A DNA stretch of 64,000 nt, taken from contig CAVUWV010000010.1 in assembly GCA_963745075.1 (NCBI GenBank), positions 1-64,000 on the forward strand, given 5' to 3'. Positions 45,073-54,562 of the stretch are shown one piece after another. The position numbers and the translations under genes are program-made. How positions within the stretch are numbered: position 1 is the stretch's first letter; every line of letters starts with the position of its first letter. This DNA comes from Candidatus Hydrogenedentota bacterium (GTDB lineage Bacteria; Hydrogenedentota; Hydrogenedentia; Hydrogenedentales; SLHB01). The notes under the pieces are model-generated. The model was not told where the DNA came from, did no database searches, and saw only the letters and a list, made by a program, of their open reading frames with translations.

Positions 45073-45489
45073 ATGTCCATGAAACACAGAGCCTGGGCTT
45101 GGGGCCCAACAAAACCCTCGAAAGTCCCGGAATCGGTGCGGGTAGATTTGAGTGCGCGGGCGCAGGCGCTAGTGGAGGCGGAACTCAAGCCGCGGCATGT
45201 GAAACCACCATCGATCGATTCCGACCTCAACTACATCGTGGATATTTCGACAAAATGGCGCGGGCGGTTCTTCTACTTTGTTTCAGAATATGCGTGCCCG
45301 GGGCCGAACGCGCTCTCGCCCTATTTTGAGACAGGCTTTGCCCGGCTCGAGTACCAAAGAGATGGCCGTTTCAGCCTGGCATTCATGCGGCACACGGGCC
45401 AATGGTGGCAGGTCTACACGGACTTAACGGTGGACGACGCATTAAACCAGATTCGCGAGGATGCATTTTTTCAACCGTGGGGTGATTGA
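45073..45489 (+). CDS. Hypothetical protein (possibly DUF3024-like)
   Basis: 'FARLEY..FSLAFMRHTGQW'; directly follows the helicase. Confidence 0.6.
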   Translation: MSMKHRAWAWGPTKPSKVPESVRVDLSARAQALVEAELKPRHVKPPSIDSDLNYIVDISTKWRGRFFYFVSEYACPGPNALSPYFETGFARLEYQRDGRFSLAFMRHTGQWWQVYTDLTVDDALNQIREDAFFQPWGD

Positions 45490-45592
45490 ACCGTTAACCA
45501 ATGAAGGCAGAAGAAGCGAAAGGTCCGGGTCCGGCCGGTCCGCCATCGCATCGGAATTCTGATCCCCAGCAAACGCCCGTTAGGCTGGTGTC

Positions 45593-46750
45593 TCAGCCAA
45601 TGAGATTCGCTTTTCGGATTCTGTCCAGAAGGGTAGGCTTTCGTGCCTGCTCGCGATATAGGGCTTCGATGCGTGACGAGAACGTTTTTCGTTGGCCTGT
45701 CATTGCGGCTACTTCATGAAGATCGTGAAGAAGCGAGACCGCCTCGTCGTACCGCTTTGGCTGTTTTGTGGCGACCAGCGCGTCCACCTTGGACCAAAGG
45801 GTATTCTCTTTGCCAATGAGCGATTCGAGGTGCTTCTTGCGTTTTTCGGCCTGCTCTCGTTCGCGCTTGGCGTTCTCTTGCGCCCGCTTTTTAGCCTCCC
45901 TCCGCTGTCTATCGTTGGCAATCGATTCGGCCCGCTCGACAAGCTGCATGACACGACGCCGTTCGTTCTCCTTCACGTTGCGGTCGGACTGTGTGCCGCC
46001 ACGTAACTCGTGTAAAGCGCGCTGCCTTAGCTCATCGCCAACCTGCGAATTCCTATCTTGAAGCAGTGTCACGATCACGTTGTCTTTTTCTTCTGACGGC
46101 AGTTTGGCCACCCATCCGGAAATCTCTGCTCGCGACGAAGTCGAGGTTGACTGCTCTTTACTATGCTCAGCGGCCACTGAGATCAAATCGTCGTCAATAC
46201 GAAGAAAATCCACGAGGCCCCGAAGTGGCGCGCTCAATTCTCCCAACCCGGAAGGCACGGGCGGCTCAGTGGTATCGCCATCCAACTCGCCCGCTTGAAG
46301 GGCCAGCAGCCATCCGAGGTAGAGGCAGCGGTAATCGCCGTGCATGAGGTCTGACCGAAGCGCCGTGAGCGAAGCCAACCACCCCTCCCCGTCTTCCCAC
46401 TCGCCAACTTCATCTTCCGAGTCGAAGAAAAGGATGACGTGTTCGCCCTTCATATGGAACGAAAAACTTTCGCTAGCACAGTATTGTGACACCAATTTGG
46501 GGTCGAGCAGCCGCTTCGGAACACGCAGCATAAACCAGCGGCTTCCCCAATTGGTCACGTAAAGAAAGGCGTCGAAATACTTCTCCATCCATTTGACTGG
46601 GTCGCCCTTGAAGTTGCCCCAGTCGTATTCGTTAACAAAGCTGGTAGGCGTGATCCGCGCACGGGAGGAATATGATCGCAACTCATCCATCTGCGCACGA
46701 GTCAGGGGGCGGTCTAATGCCTGGAACTCATAGTACTGGTACTCGCTCAT
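45593..46750 (-). CDS. Conserved hypothetical protein ('MSEYQYYEF' family)
   Basis: 'MSEYQYYEFQALDRPL', 'YFDAFLYVTNWG', 'GDYRCLYLGWL', C-terminal coiled coil. Confidence 0.75.
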   Translation of the reverse strand: MSEYQYYEFQALDRPLTRAQMDELRSYSSRARITPTSFVNEYDWGNFKGDPVKWMEKYFDAFLYVTNWGSRWFMLRVPKRLLDPKLVSQYCASESFSFHMKGEHVILFFDSEDEVGEWEDGEGWLASLTALRSDLMHGDYRCLYLGWLLALQAGELDGDTTEPPVPSGLGELSAPLRGLVDFLRIDDDLISVAAEHSKEQSTSTSSRAEISGWVAKLPSEEKDNVIVTLLQDRNSQVGDELRQRALHELRGGTQSDRNVKENERRRVMQLVERAESIANDRQRREAKKRAQENAKREREQAEKRKKHLESLIGKENTLWSKVDALVATKQPKRYDEAVSLLHDLHEVAAMTGQRKTFSSRIEALYREQARKPTLLDRIRKANLIG

Positions 46751-47120
46751 TGTTGTGATGACTCCGGCGAATTGCACGTTACCGACTTAGTGCTGGGGCG
46801 TCAACGTCCGGTCTGCCGTTTGCTCTTTCCAATGTTGAGGGGCGCATCCTTAGTCCGGCGATGATTCAGTTTATATCAACGGTTCCGTGAGCACGTATCG
46901 GATTTCGCAAAGACACCCATTTCCCCTCGTGGCGGCGGGATTACACACCAACTTAGAAAATGAAGTGTGCAATATGTGTGCAATGGGGTTCGGTGGCACA
47001 ATCCGCTGTCTGTGTAAGTTGTTGGCCAACAACTGCTTCGGGAGTGTGCAAGCCGTTACTGGCGGCGGGGTTAGTCCTGACGCCAAAATCATCGTAAGCA
47101 ATTGCTACTAAATAACTTAA

Positions 47121-47478
47121 TGGTGGAGGCGGCGGGAATCGAACCCGCGTCCGAAAGTGCATCCCTGTGAGTATCTACGTGTGTAGCCCGTCCTTTAGGA
47201 TTCGCCGCCGTAGAGCGCGTCGGGCTCGCTTTCCACGGTCGCTAGGCGGGGTCGATACTCTCCGCCGAAGTCCCCGCCGGACTCCGGCATCGAGGCCCGC
47301 TGTCGTCGCCTTAGCCCCCTAGCAGGCGGTCGGAGGTAAGACGCGCTACCCTAAATTAGGCAGCGAGTGCCAATGGTTCGTTGGCATTTGTTTGGTAATC
47401 GGCTTTTTACGAGGCCGGCCGATTAACCTCGACACGCAACTCACGCTTCTTCACTCCCGTCGAAACCATGTCGCCCCC
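47121..47478 (-). ncRNA. ssrA: tmRNA, tag peptide (A)ANEPLALAA
   Basis: 5' GGGGGCG pairs with 3' CGCCTCC-ACCA including G3-U70; T-loop GGTTCGATTCC; tag ORF 47385-47356; smpB nearby. Confidence 0.97.
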
Positions 47479-47670
47479 ACGGGCGAACCATTTAGTGACG
47501 GTGATATGCGCACTTGAATGCGCTGTTTCCAACACCCTCATTATGCCATAAGATCGGGTATCCGCGCGAACACCGCTCGGTTCCGAAAACGTCGCCCCCT
47601 TCGCAAGTCTAGATCGTCCATTCCGATCGACGCTTCCCATACCCGGCGCCGAGTGGTAGAATCGGGCTCC

Positions 47671-48639
47671 ATGTTCCGCAATTTCACCATATCGTACGCC
47701 CGCAAGAACATCCGCATGCGCGACGTTCGTCCCCTGAGCTTTCAGCGCCAGAGCGTGGCCTATGTGCTGTCCCTCGCGACACGCCAGATTCCCCTTGCCG
47801 CGGGCAACGTCGAGTTCGACATGACCCCCGTCATCGAGTATGGCGAGCGGGTAATCGCGGAAACGAAGGCGAAGGAGGGCGAGCGCTCGAACGACGACCT
47901 GGTACGAATGGCGGTCCACCGCAATCTCTCGGCGTTTTACCTGAAGACTATCGCCCACGTGGTGTACCACGTTCCCATAATGAACTCGATTCTGGATTGG
48001 ACACCGATTCGCGACGGCGGGACCTTGTATGAATTTGAGGACATTTGCCCGTCCTTTACCGTGCACACGAAGCAGGGCGTGCTGGCGCCGGTGGTTCAGA
48101 ATCCCCACCAGCGGCCCTTGATCGACGTGGCCAATGAGATGCGCCGGCTTACCCGAAAGGCGCGCCGCACGGACATGAACGAACTGTACCGCCGCTGTGC
48201 CTTGGAGTACTTGGGCTACGCGTTGCGCGAGTTGAATCTCTCGGGGTTCACGGGCGCTTGGCTCTGGGCGAAGTCCTGCCTGTGGCCGGAACCCAATAAC
48301 GACGACGTACGCAATGTGCCGGAAGACGAGAAACTTCGGCCGCGAGACGTCATCGGCGCGACGACCACCATCGCCAACATCGGCATGTCCGTTGACGGCT
48401 GGCAAACCATATCCGCCATGCCGCCCTCTTTTACCTTCGGCTGGGGGATCGGCCACGTGCGTCAAGTGCCGCGCATCGTCGACGGTAAGATCGTGCCGCG
48501 CCACATCGTGACCATGGCTGTCGTCTTCGATCACCGCGCCATGGACGGCGGCGACATCTTCCCCTTCGTGGACGTCATGAACGGCTACATCAATAACCCC
48601 GAACGCATCTTCGAATGGAAACTCGGCGATCCCATCTAA
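47671..48639 (+). CDS. Stand-alone 2-oxoacid dehydrogenase acyltransferase catalytic-domain protein
   Basis: 'GVLAPVVQN', 'TTIANIG', 'FDHRAMDG'. Confidence 0.75.
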   Translation: MFRNFTISYARKNIRMRDVRPLSFQRQSVAYVLSLATRQIPLAAGNVEFDMTPVIEYGERVIAETKAKEGERSNDDLVRMAVHRNLSAFYLKTIAHVVYHVPIMNSILDWTPIRDGGTLYEFEDICPSFTVHTKQGVLAPVVQNPHQRPLIDVANEMRRLTRKARRTDMNELYRRCALEYLGYALRELNLSGFTGAWLWAKSCLWPEPNNDDVRNVPEDEKLRPRDVIGATTTIANIGMSVDGWQTISAMPPSFTFGWGIGHVRQVPRIVDGKIVPRHIVTMAVVFDHRAMDGGDIFPFVDVMNGYINNPERIFEWKLGDPI

Positions 48640-48657
48640 CGCCGCGGCGGACACTAC

Positions 48658-48937
48658 GAACATCCCCCTTGATCCCCCTTCCAAGGGGGAGCCGACAAAA
48701 GTCGCCAAAGGCCCGGTTTGTGCAAAAGCGGTCCGGGAACGGCAAGGACTTGCGCGGTACCCAAGGACTATACATCGACTTTTGTCGGTCCTGTCTTCAA
48801 AGGGGGGAATGTCTCGCAACGCTTTGCGTTTCGTTCAGACGTGTCAGAGCCTCGCATCGAAGCTCACCGCGGCACACACGTCCAAAAACGTTACGACGCG
48901 CAATTCCCCCTTTGAAGGGGGATCAAGGGGGATGTTC
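48658..48937. repeat. MITE/REPIN-like element with 33-bp inverted ends
   Basis: GAACATCCCCCTTGATCCCCCTTC(C/A)AAGGGGGA at 48658-48690, inverted at 48905-48937 (32/33). Confidence 0.85.
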
Positions 48938-48962
48938 TTTCCATTTACTACATCTGCGCGCG

Positions 48963-49769
48963 TCATAATTGCTTGTGATTGACGAGCCGCTTTGTCACGT
49001 GACTCACGATTGCGATGGCCCAGCGCCGGGGCAGCAGTCGCGCCAGGAACGCGGATAGACGCGTCATGAGCGGGGCTGCCACCGGTTTCTTTCCCAATTT
49101 GTGCAATGCAAGCGCGGCCACGGCTGCGGGTGACGACGACACACGCCACATGCGTTCACAATCGGCCTCGGAAAACCCTTCAGCTTTGAAGAAGTCCGTC
49201 TTCATCCCCGCCGGGCAAACCGTCAAGCAATCGATGGGCGTGTCGCGAAGTTCCCCCCACAACGATTCGCCGAAATGCAGGAGAAAGGCTTTTGATGCGC
49301 AGTAGGCCGCTTCAAAGGGACACGAGATGAAGGCCTGAAGCGAGGACACGATGATGATCGCCCCGGCGCCGCGATCCAACATCTGCGGAAGGTAGGCCCG
49401 TGTGAGCAGCAGGGGGGTTAGGCAATTCAGATTGACCAGCCGCGACAGTTTTTCCGGATCGCGCGTCTGGAAATCGCCGCCATGAGCTACCCCGGCGCAA
49501 TTAACCAACATCCCCACCGGCACGTCTTCCGTCGCCCCCCGCAACCGCCGGATGCCTTCCTCCGTGGAAAGGTCGATTTCGAGTGGTCGGCAGGTGACTC
49601 CATGATCGTTCCGAAGTTCGCCGGCCAACGTATTCAACGCTTCCGCGCCCAATCCGACGAGGATACAGTTGACGCCTCCGGCGGCAATCGAGCGAGCGAA
49701 TTCAACCCCGAGTCCCGAAGACGCGCCCGTTATGAGAGCCCAGCCCTGGTAGCGCGTGAGATCCGTCAT
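48963..49769 (-). CDS. Short-chain dehydrogenase/reductase
   Basis: TGASSGLG, NCAG, YCASK. Confidence 0.92.
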   Translation of the reverse strand: MTDLTRYQGWALITGASSGLGVEFARSIAAGGVNCILVGLGAEALNTLAGELRNDHGVTCRPLEIDLSTEEGIRRLRGATEDVPVGMLVNCAGVAHGGDFQTRDPEKLSRLVNLNCLTPLLLTRAYLPQMLDRGAGAIIIVSSLQAFISCPFEAAYCASKAFLLHFGESLWGELRDTPIDCLTVCPAGMKTDFFKAEGFSEADCERMWRVSSSPAAVAALALHKLGKKPVAAPLMTRLSAFLARLLPRRWAIAIVSHVTKRLVNHKQL

Positions 49770-51040
49770 CGATTGCGGTTCGCCCACTTCTGGATGGTCG
49801 CGGGACCGCAGGGCTCGCCGTTCCGTGCAATATCCTCGAGTATCTTGGCGGCCGTGGCCGCACCGTTCGCATTGGCCACGACTTCCGAAAAGCTGCGCGA
49901 CGTCTCCCGGTACTTCGGGTTCGTCATGACTTCATCGAGGGCATTTACCAGCCAGGCCGAAGTCGTTTTCCGGGCTTGATTGCAGAGCCCGAACCCGCGC
50001 TTCGCCAGCATGGCGCCCGTGAGTTTCTGCTCCAACTGGTTCCACAGGGCGATCATGGGAACGCCCGCTTCGAGCGCCTGATACATGGTGCTGTTGCCGC
50101 CATGGAATATGATAGCCTCGCAGCGTTTTAAGATGGCCCGGCCCGGCGCGTAGTCCGTGACGCGGAAATTCTCCGGCGCCATGGCGATGGTTTCGTCCGT
50201 GGCTTGACCGCCGGTAGTCACCACAAATCGGTACGGGAGTTTTGCGAAATCGTCGTACACGCGCCGCAACAGGGGATCGAGCATGCCCGTCGTGCCGAGT
50301 GAGAAATAGATATTGGTCTTTCCGTCGTCCAATTCGTCGAACCAGTCGGGCATATCGGTGGGCGGTTCGGAGAGGATCGGTCCCACCATCTGCCAGTTCC
50401 AGTCGTCGGGATAGTCGTACAAGCCCTCCAGATCGGGAGAGATCATCGGGATCGCTTTCAGGAGCTTTACGGAATCGAGCGGTTTGACGTTGTGTTTGCG
50501 ATAGACCTTGCGCCGGAAGAAGGGTTCGAGGTGCAGCTTGTCCCAGAGGTATATCGCCGGATACGTGATGGACGGCCACGAGACGAACTGCCCGGCGTAC
50601 GAGTTCTGGATCCCCGCCGCCGGAATGCCCGTCACATACGCCGCGTTGCTCGCCGCGATGGAGGCATCGCCCACGATAATATCGGGTTTTTCGGTCTCGA
50701 TGGCTTCGATATACCCCTCGAAGATCTTGTCGAGTGGCGACCAGGAACCGAGGCGTAACAGTGCCAAGCCGACGGCAAGAAATCCGCCCTTCTCAAAGGT
50801 GTCGAAAATGTAGCCGTAGTTCTGCTCCATCGTGTAGTGGCAGCGGAACCCGTTCTTGACCGCGACGCTGCTGCGCCAGCCCGGCCGCTCGGGGTTCTCC
50901 ACCGCGAACACGACGTCATGCCCCTGGTCTCGCAGCACTTTGCCGATTTCGACGCACCGGCACACATGCGAAAGCATGTACGACATCGGTGCGAACATGA
51001 ATTTCAATGGACGGTCCTGTTTTGAAGTTTCCACCGCCAT
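49766..51040 (-). CDS. GT-B glycosyltransferase (GT1/GT28-like)
   Basis: 'SHVCRC..GHDVVF', 'YFSLGT', 'HGGNSTMYQALEAGVP', 'EQ'. Confidence 0.85.
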   Translation of the reverse strand: MAVETSKQDRPLKFMFAPMSYMLSHVCRCVEIGKVLRDQGHDVVFAVENPERPGWRSSVAVKNGFRCHYTMEQNYGYIFDTFEKGGFLAVGLALLRLGSWSPLDKIFEGYIEAIETEKPDIIVGDASIAASNAAYVTGIPAAGIQNSYAGQFVSWPSITYPAIYLWDKLHLEPFFRRKVYRKHNVKPLDSVKLLKAIPMISPDLEGLYDYPDDWNWQMVGPILSEPPTDMPDWFDELDDGKTNIYFSLGTTGMLDPLLRRVYDDFAKLPYRFVVTTGGQATDETIAMAPENFRVTDYAPGRAILKRCEAIIFHGGNSTMYQALEAGVPMIALWNQLEQKLTGAMLAKRGFGLCNQARKTTSAWLVNALDEVMTNPKYRETSRSFSEVVANANGAATAAKILEDIARNGEPCGPATIQKWANRNR

Positions 51041-51081
51041 ACCTACGAAACATCCCCTGGCAAAAGCGATGGGGCCATCCC

Positions 51082-51251
51082 GAAGAACATCCCCCTTGAT
51101 CCCCCTTCAAAGGGGGAGGTTTGCTCACTCGGGTTAGAGGCGTCCTGTGGCGTAACGGGTCCCCCGACAAGGCCTTTTCCCCACCAGATACGCGACGCGT
51201 GGCGTCGGGCCCCGCTCCCCCTTTGAAGGGGGAGCAAGGGGGATGTTCTTC
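51082..51251. repeat. Second MITE/REPIN-like element of the same family, 37-bp inverted ends
   Basis: GAAGAACATCCCCCTTGATCCCCCTTCAAAGGGGGAG at 51082-51118, inverted at 51215-51251 (36/37). Confidence 0.88.
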
Positions 51252-51475
51252 CGCGTTTCAAACTCATTGCAGTTTTTCCCTCGACATAAACGACCGTACT
51301 TCGTGCCCCGCTCCGAATTGACGGATATCGAGCCGAATACAACCCCGCACCCACGACCAAACCCTCGCCCCCGTGCAGCGCGATACTGGTTTGTGGAAGA
51401 ATACCCCTCTAGAATCCTTCCGTGCAAGGACCGGGAGGAGCAGTGTCATTTGTGGCGGGAAAGGAACTTGCAAGC

Positions 51476-52475
<1,000 letters not shown>

Positions 52476-52480
52476 GAAGT

Positions 52481-52828
52481 CTACCGCTTCCGAACGTAGA
52501 TGAGCGTTTGCACGATTGGGATCGACGTAAAGATGATAATGGGTCCGACGAGTACGATCCATCCGATGACTTCACCGAGGATCTCGTCCACAGGGAAGAC
52601 CAACTTTGCGACACCGGAGGCGATCAAGGCGAAGGACCACCAGAAGAGCGCGCGGCCACCGTACGCGTTGATCGCATACCAGTCTTCATCGGAGCGGAAC
52701 GCTTTCGGAATGCGAAACCCGTAGACGTGATTCATGGGGATGGTACGTCGCATCAACGGGATACAAAGCAGCATGAACAGGAGCCCGCACCCGATGTCGC
52801 TCAGACCCAGTACTATCCGGATTATCAT
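52481..52828 (-). CDS. SdpI/YhfL-family membrane protein
   Basis: 'NHVYGFRI..SDEDWYAIN..GG' with transmembrane segments. Confidence 0.8.
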   Translation of the reverse strand: MIIRIVLGLSDIGCGLLFMLLCIPLMRRTIPMNHVYGFRIPKAFRSDEDWYAINAYGGRALFWWSFALIASGVAKLVFPVDEILGEVIGWIVLVGPIIIFTSIPIVQTLIYVRKR

Positions 52829-52843
52829 TGGAAGAAGTACCGC

Positions 52844-53647
52844 TCAGGTAGATTTCTTGAGAACGTAATACTTGGGGGGTAGCCCCCGGTAAACAACGTC
52901 GCCGCTAAGCCAGGGGAGGAACAGATAGTCTTCGCCATGAAGGTTCTTGATGAAGTACGGTGCGCGGACCCCGCTGTTCAGTTCTGTGGCAATACCGTTG
53001 GAAAAACCGTACCCCACCATGGTTGAGTGGCCATTGGGGTCGCAATGAACCGATTTCAAATGGAATGCTCCCGGCCAGGACTTCACGCCGGGTTGGAAGT
53101 CTTCGATCGCATTCACGAAATCGACGCTGATCCACGTGCCGACCATTGCGGGATCGGAGTTTTTGAATGGGGCAGAAGGATTCGTCGCGGCGGTCCGTCG
53201 GCCGGTAACTGGTCGAGACGATTCGGCCTGGACGTTTCCTTCTCGGAACATTACGAGAATCACGATTGGTAAGACAAAGAAGACGAGGAAGGCAATGCCC
53301 GATATGGCCCAAATGACGCTTGGCGGGAATCGCGGTTCACGAAGTCCATCGTCGCGGTGAAGCCAAGCGGCAGGCTGGATATCGTCCAGTTCGGCCAGAC
53401 GCTTGGAGCGGTCGATCCCCGGCGGTAAATCGAGTTTTTCCAACTCATCCCGGACGTTGCTCCATTGAACGAGGCGATCGGGTCCGGCGTTGAGCGCCGC
53501 CGTGACCTGGGCGCGCATCGAGTCAACGGTTTCCTTGGGATTGTACCCTCGGAGTCTCAAGACCTCGTCCACATGTTCGAGATAACGCTCAAGATACTCG
53601 CGAGCGTCGTCACTCCAGTTTGTGGCGGTGCATTCCGTCTGCTTCAT
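52844..53647 (-). CDS. Hypothetical membrane protein with a HAAS/DUF1700-like N-terminus
   Basis: 'YLERYLEHV..L', one transmembrane segment, extracytoplasmic C-terminal domain. Confidence 0.55.
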   Translation of the reverse strand: MKQTECTATNWSDDAREYLERYLEHVDEVLRLRGYNPKETVDSMRAQVTAALNAGPDRLVQWSNVRDELEKLDLPPGIDRSKRLAELDDIQPAAWLHRDDGLREPRFPPSVIWAISGIAFLVFFVLPIVILVMFREGNVQAESSRPVTGRRTAATNPSAPFKNSDPAMVGTWISVDFVNAIEDFQPGVKSWPGAFHLKSVHCDPNGHSTMVGYGFSNGIATELNSGVRAPYFIKNLHGEDYLFLPWLSGDVVYRGLPPKYYVLKKST

Positions 53648-53857
53648 CTAACCACCCCCCCGAGTTTCCCAAGTGTGTGCGGACATTGCGTCGACGAAGC
53701 GATCGTGTCGGATAGCTTTCTTTTCAGGAATCTCGATGCCGAATTCTCCCCCGAAGAAATCCACAAATTCCTAATACATATATTGCCACTACACTGCAAA
53801 AGTTGCAAGCGCTGACTTCGCGGTAAGTCCCGTTTAGCAGGGCTGGTTAACCGTCAC

Positions 53858-54316
53858 TCACCCCTTCCGGACGTCCTTCACCGCCCGGTCCATCTCCCGT
53901 TTGACCTCGCGCTCTTGAATGGTGCGGCGCTTGTCGATGGTCTGTTTGCCGCGGCACAGGCCGATTTCGACCTTGGCTTTGCCCTCTTTGAAGTAGACAC
54001 TCAGGGGGACGAGGGTCAACCCCTTCTCCGCGACCTGTGCGCCAAGCCGATTGATTTCCCGCTTGTGCATGAGCAGTTTTCGCGGCCGTTCCGGTTCGTG
54101 GTTCCAGGCGCTGCCCTGTTCATAGGGATTGATATGGGCGCCGACAAGGAACAGTTCACTCTTAATGATATCGGCGTAGCTGTCCTTGAGGACCATGTGC
54201 CCCGCGCGCAGGGATTTTACTTCGGTTCCGCGCAGCACGATCCCCGCCTCGTACTTTTCGAGCACGTGGTAATCATGGCGCGCGCGCCGGTTCGATACGA
54301 TGGTTTTGATACCCAT
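53858..54316 (-). CDS. smpB: SsrA-binding protein
   Basis: 'NRRARHDY', 'EAGIVLRGTEVKSLR', 'RKLLMHKREI', 'DKR'. Confidence 0.97.
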   Translation of the reverse strand: MGIKTIVSNRRARHDYHVLEKYEAGIVLRGTEVKSLRAGHMVLKDSYADIIKSELFLVGAHINPYEQGSAWNHEPERPRKLLMHKREINRLGAQVAEKGLTLVPLSVYFKEGKAKVEIGLCRGKQTIDKRRTIQEREVKREMDRAVKDVRKG

Positions 54317-54458
54317 GGGTTGCAAACCTTTGCTATGGATCTTGTCCACAGTTCCGGGCGATTCGGTTGAAAATAAATTCAAAATTCGAAGCACGAAATC
54401 CGAAACAAATTCGAATGATCTAAATTCGAAAGAAGCCGCTAGAGAATTGCGGATTCCG

Positions 54459-54521
54459 AATGTAGCGCAGGCGTCCTCGCCTGCTTCTTTGGGATCGCAG
54501 GCGGGACGCCTGCGCTACATT
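54459..54521. repeat. GTAG-family REP doublet
   Basis: TGTAGCGCAGGCGTCCTCGCCTGC ... GCAGGCGGGACGCCTGCGCTACA, next to a TTCGAA-rich tract (54371-54430). Confidence 0.8.
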
Positions 54522-54562
54522 TCAGCGTGATTCGAATTTCTTTGGTTCAAACGTCCAGTTTT

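Larger units (their letters stand above)
40577..47146. mobile_element. tmRNA-integrated cassette, module 1 (no integrase seen)
   Basis: Lies between the ssrA 3' end and the att copy; a 21-bp TGTGCAAT tandem repeat near both ends. Confidence 0.78.

Noticed and set aside
46931..47070. Short GGCGGCGGG matches at 46931 and 47061 as extra att cores
   Set aside because: Only 9-10 bp in GC-rich DNA and lacking the TCGAA part, so they could be chance.
27669..47146. Recurrent GGCGGCGGGAATCGAA repeats read as a CRISPR array or as tRNA genes
   Set aside because: The spacing is kilobases, there are no cas genes, and the copies lack a 5' tRNA half. They are tmRNA 3'-end fragments.
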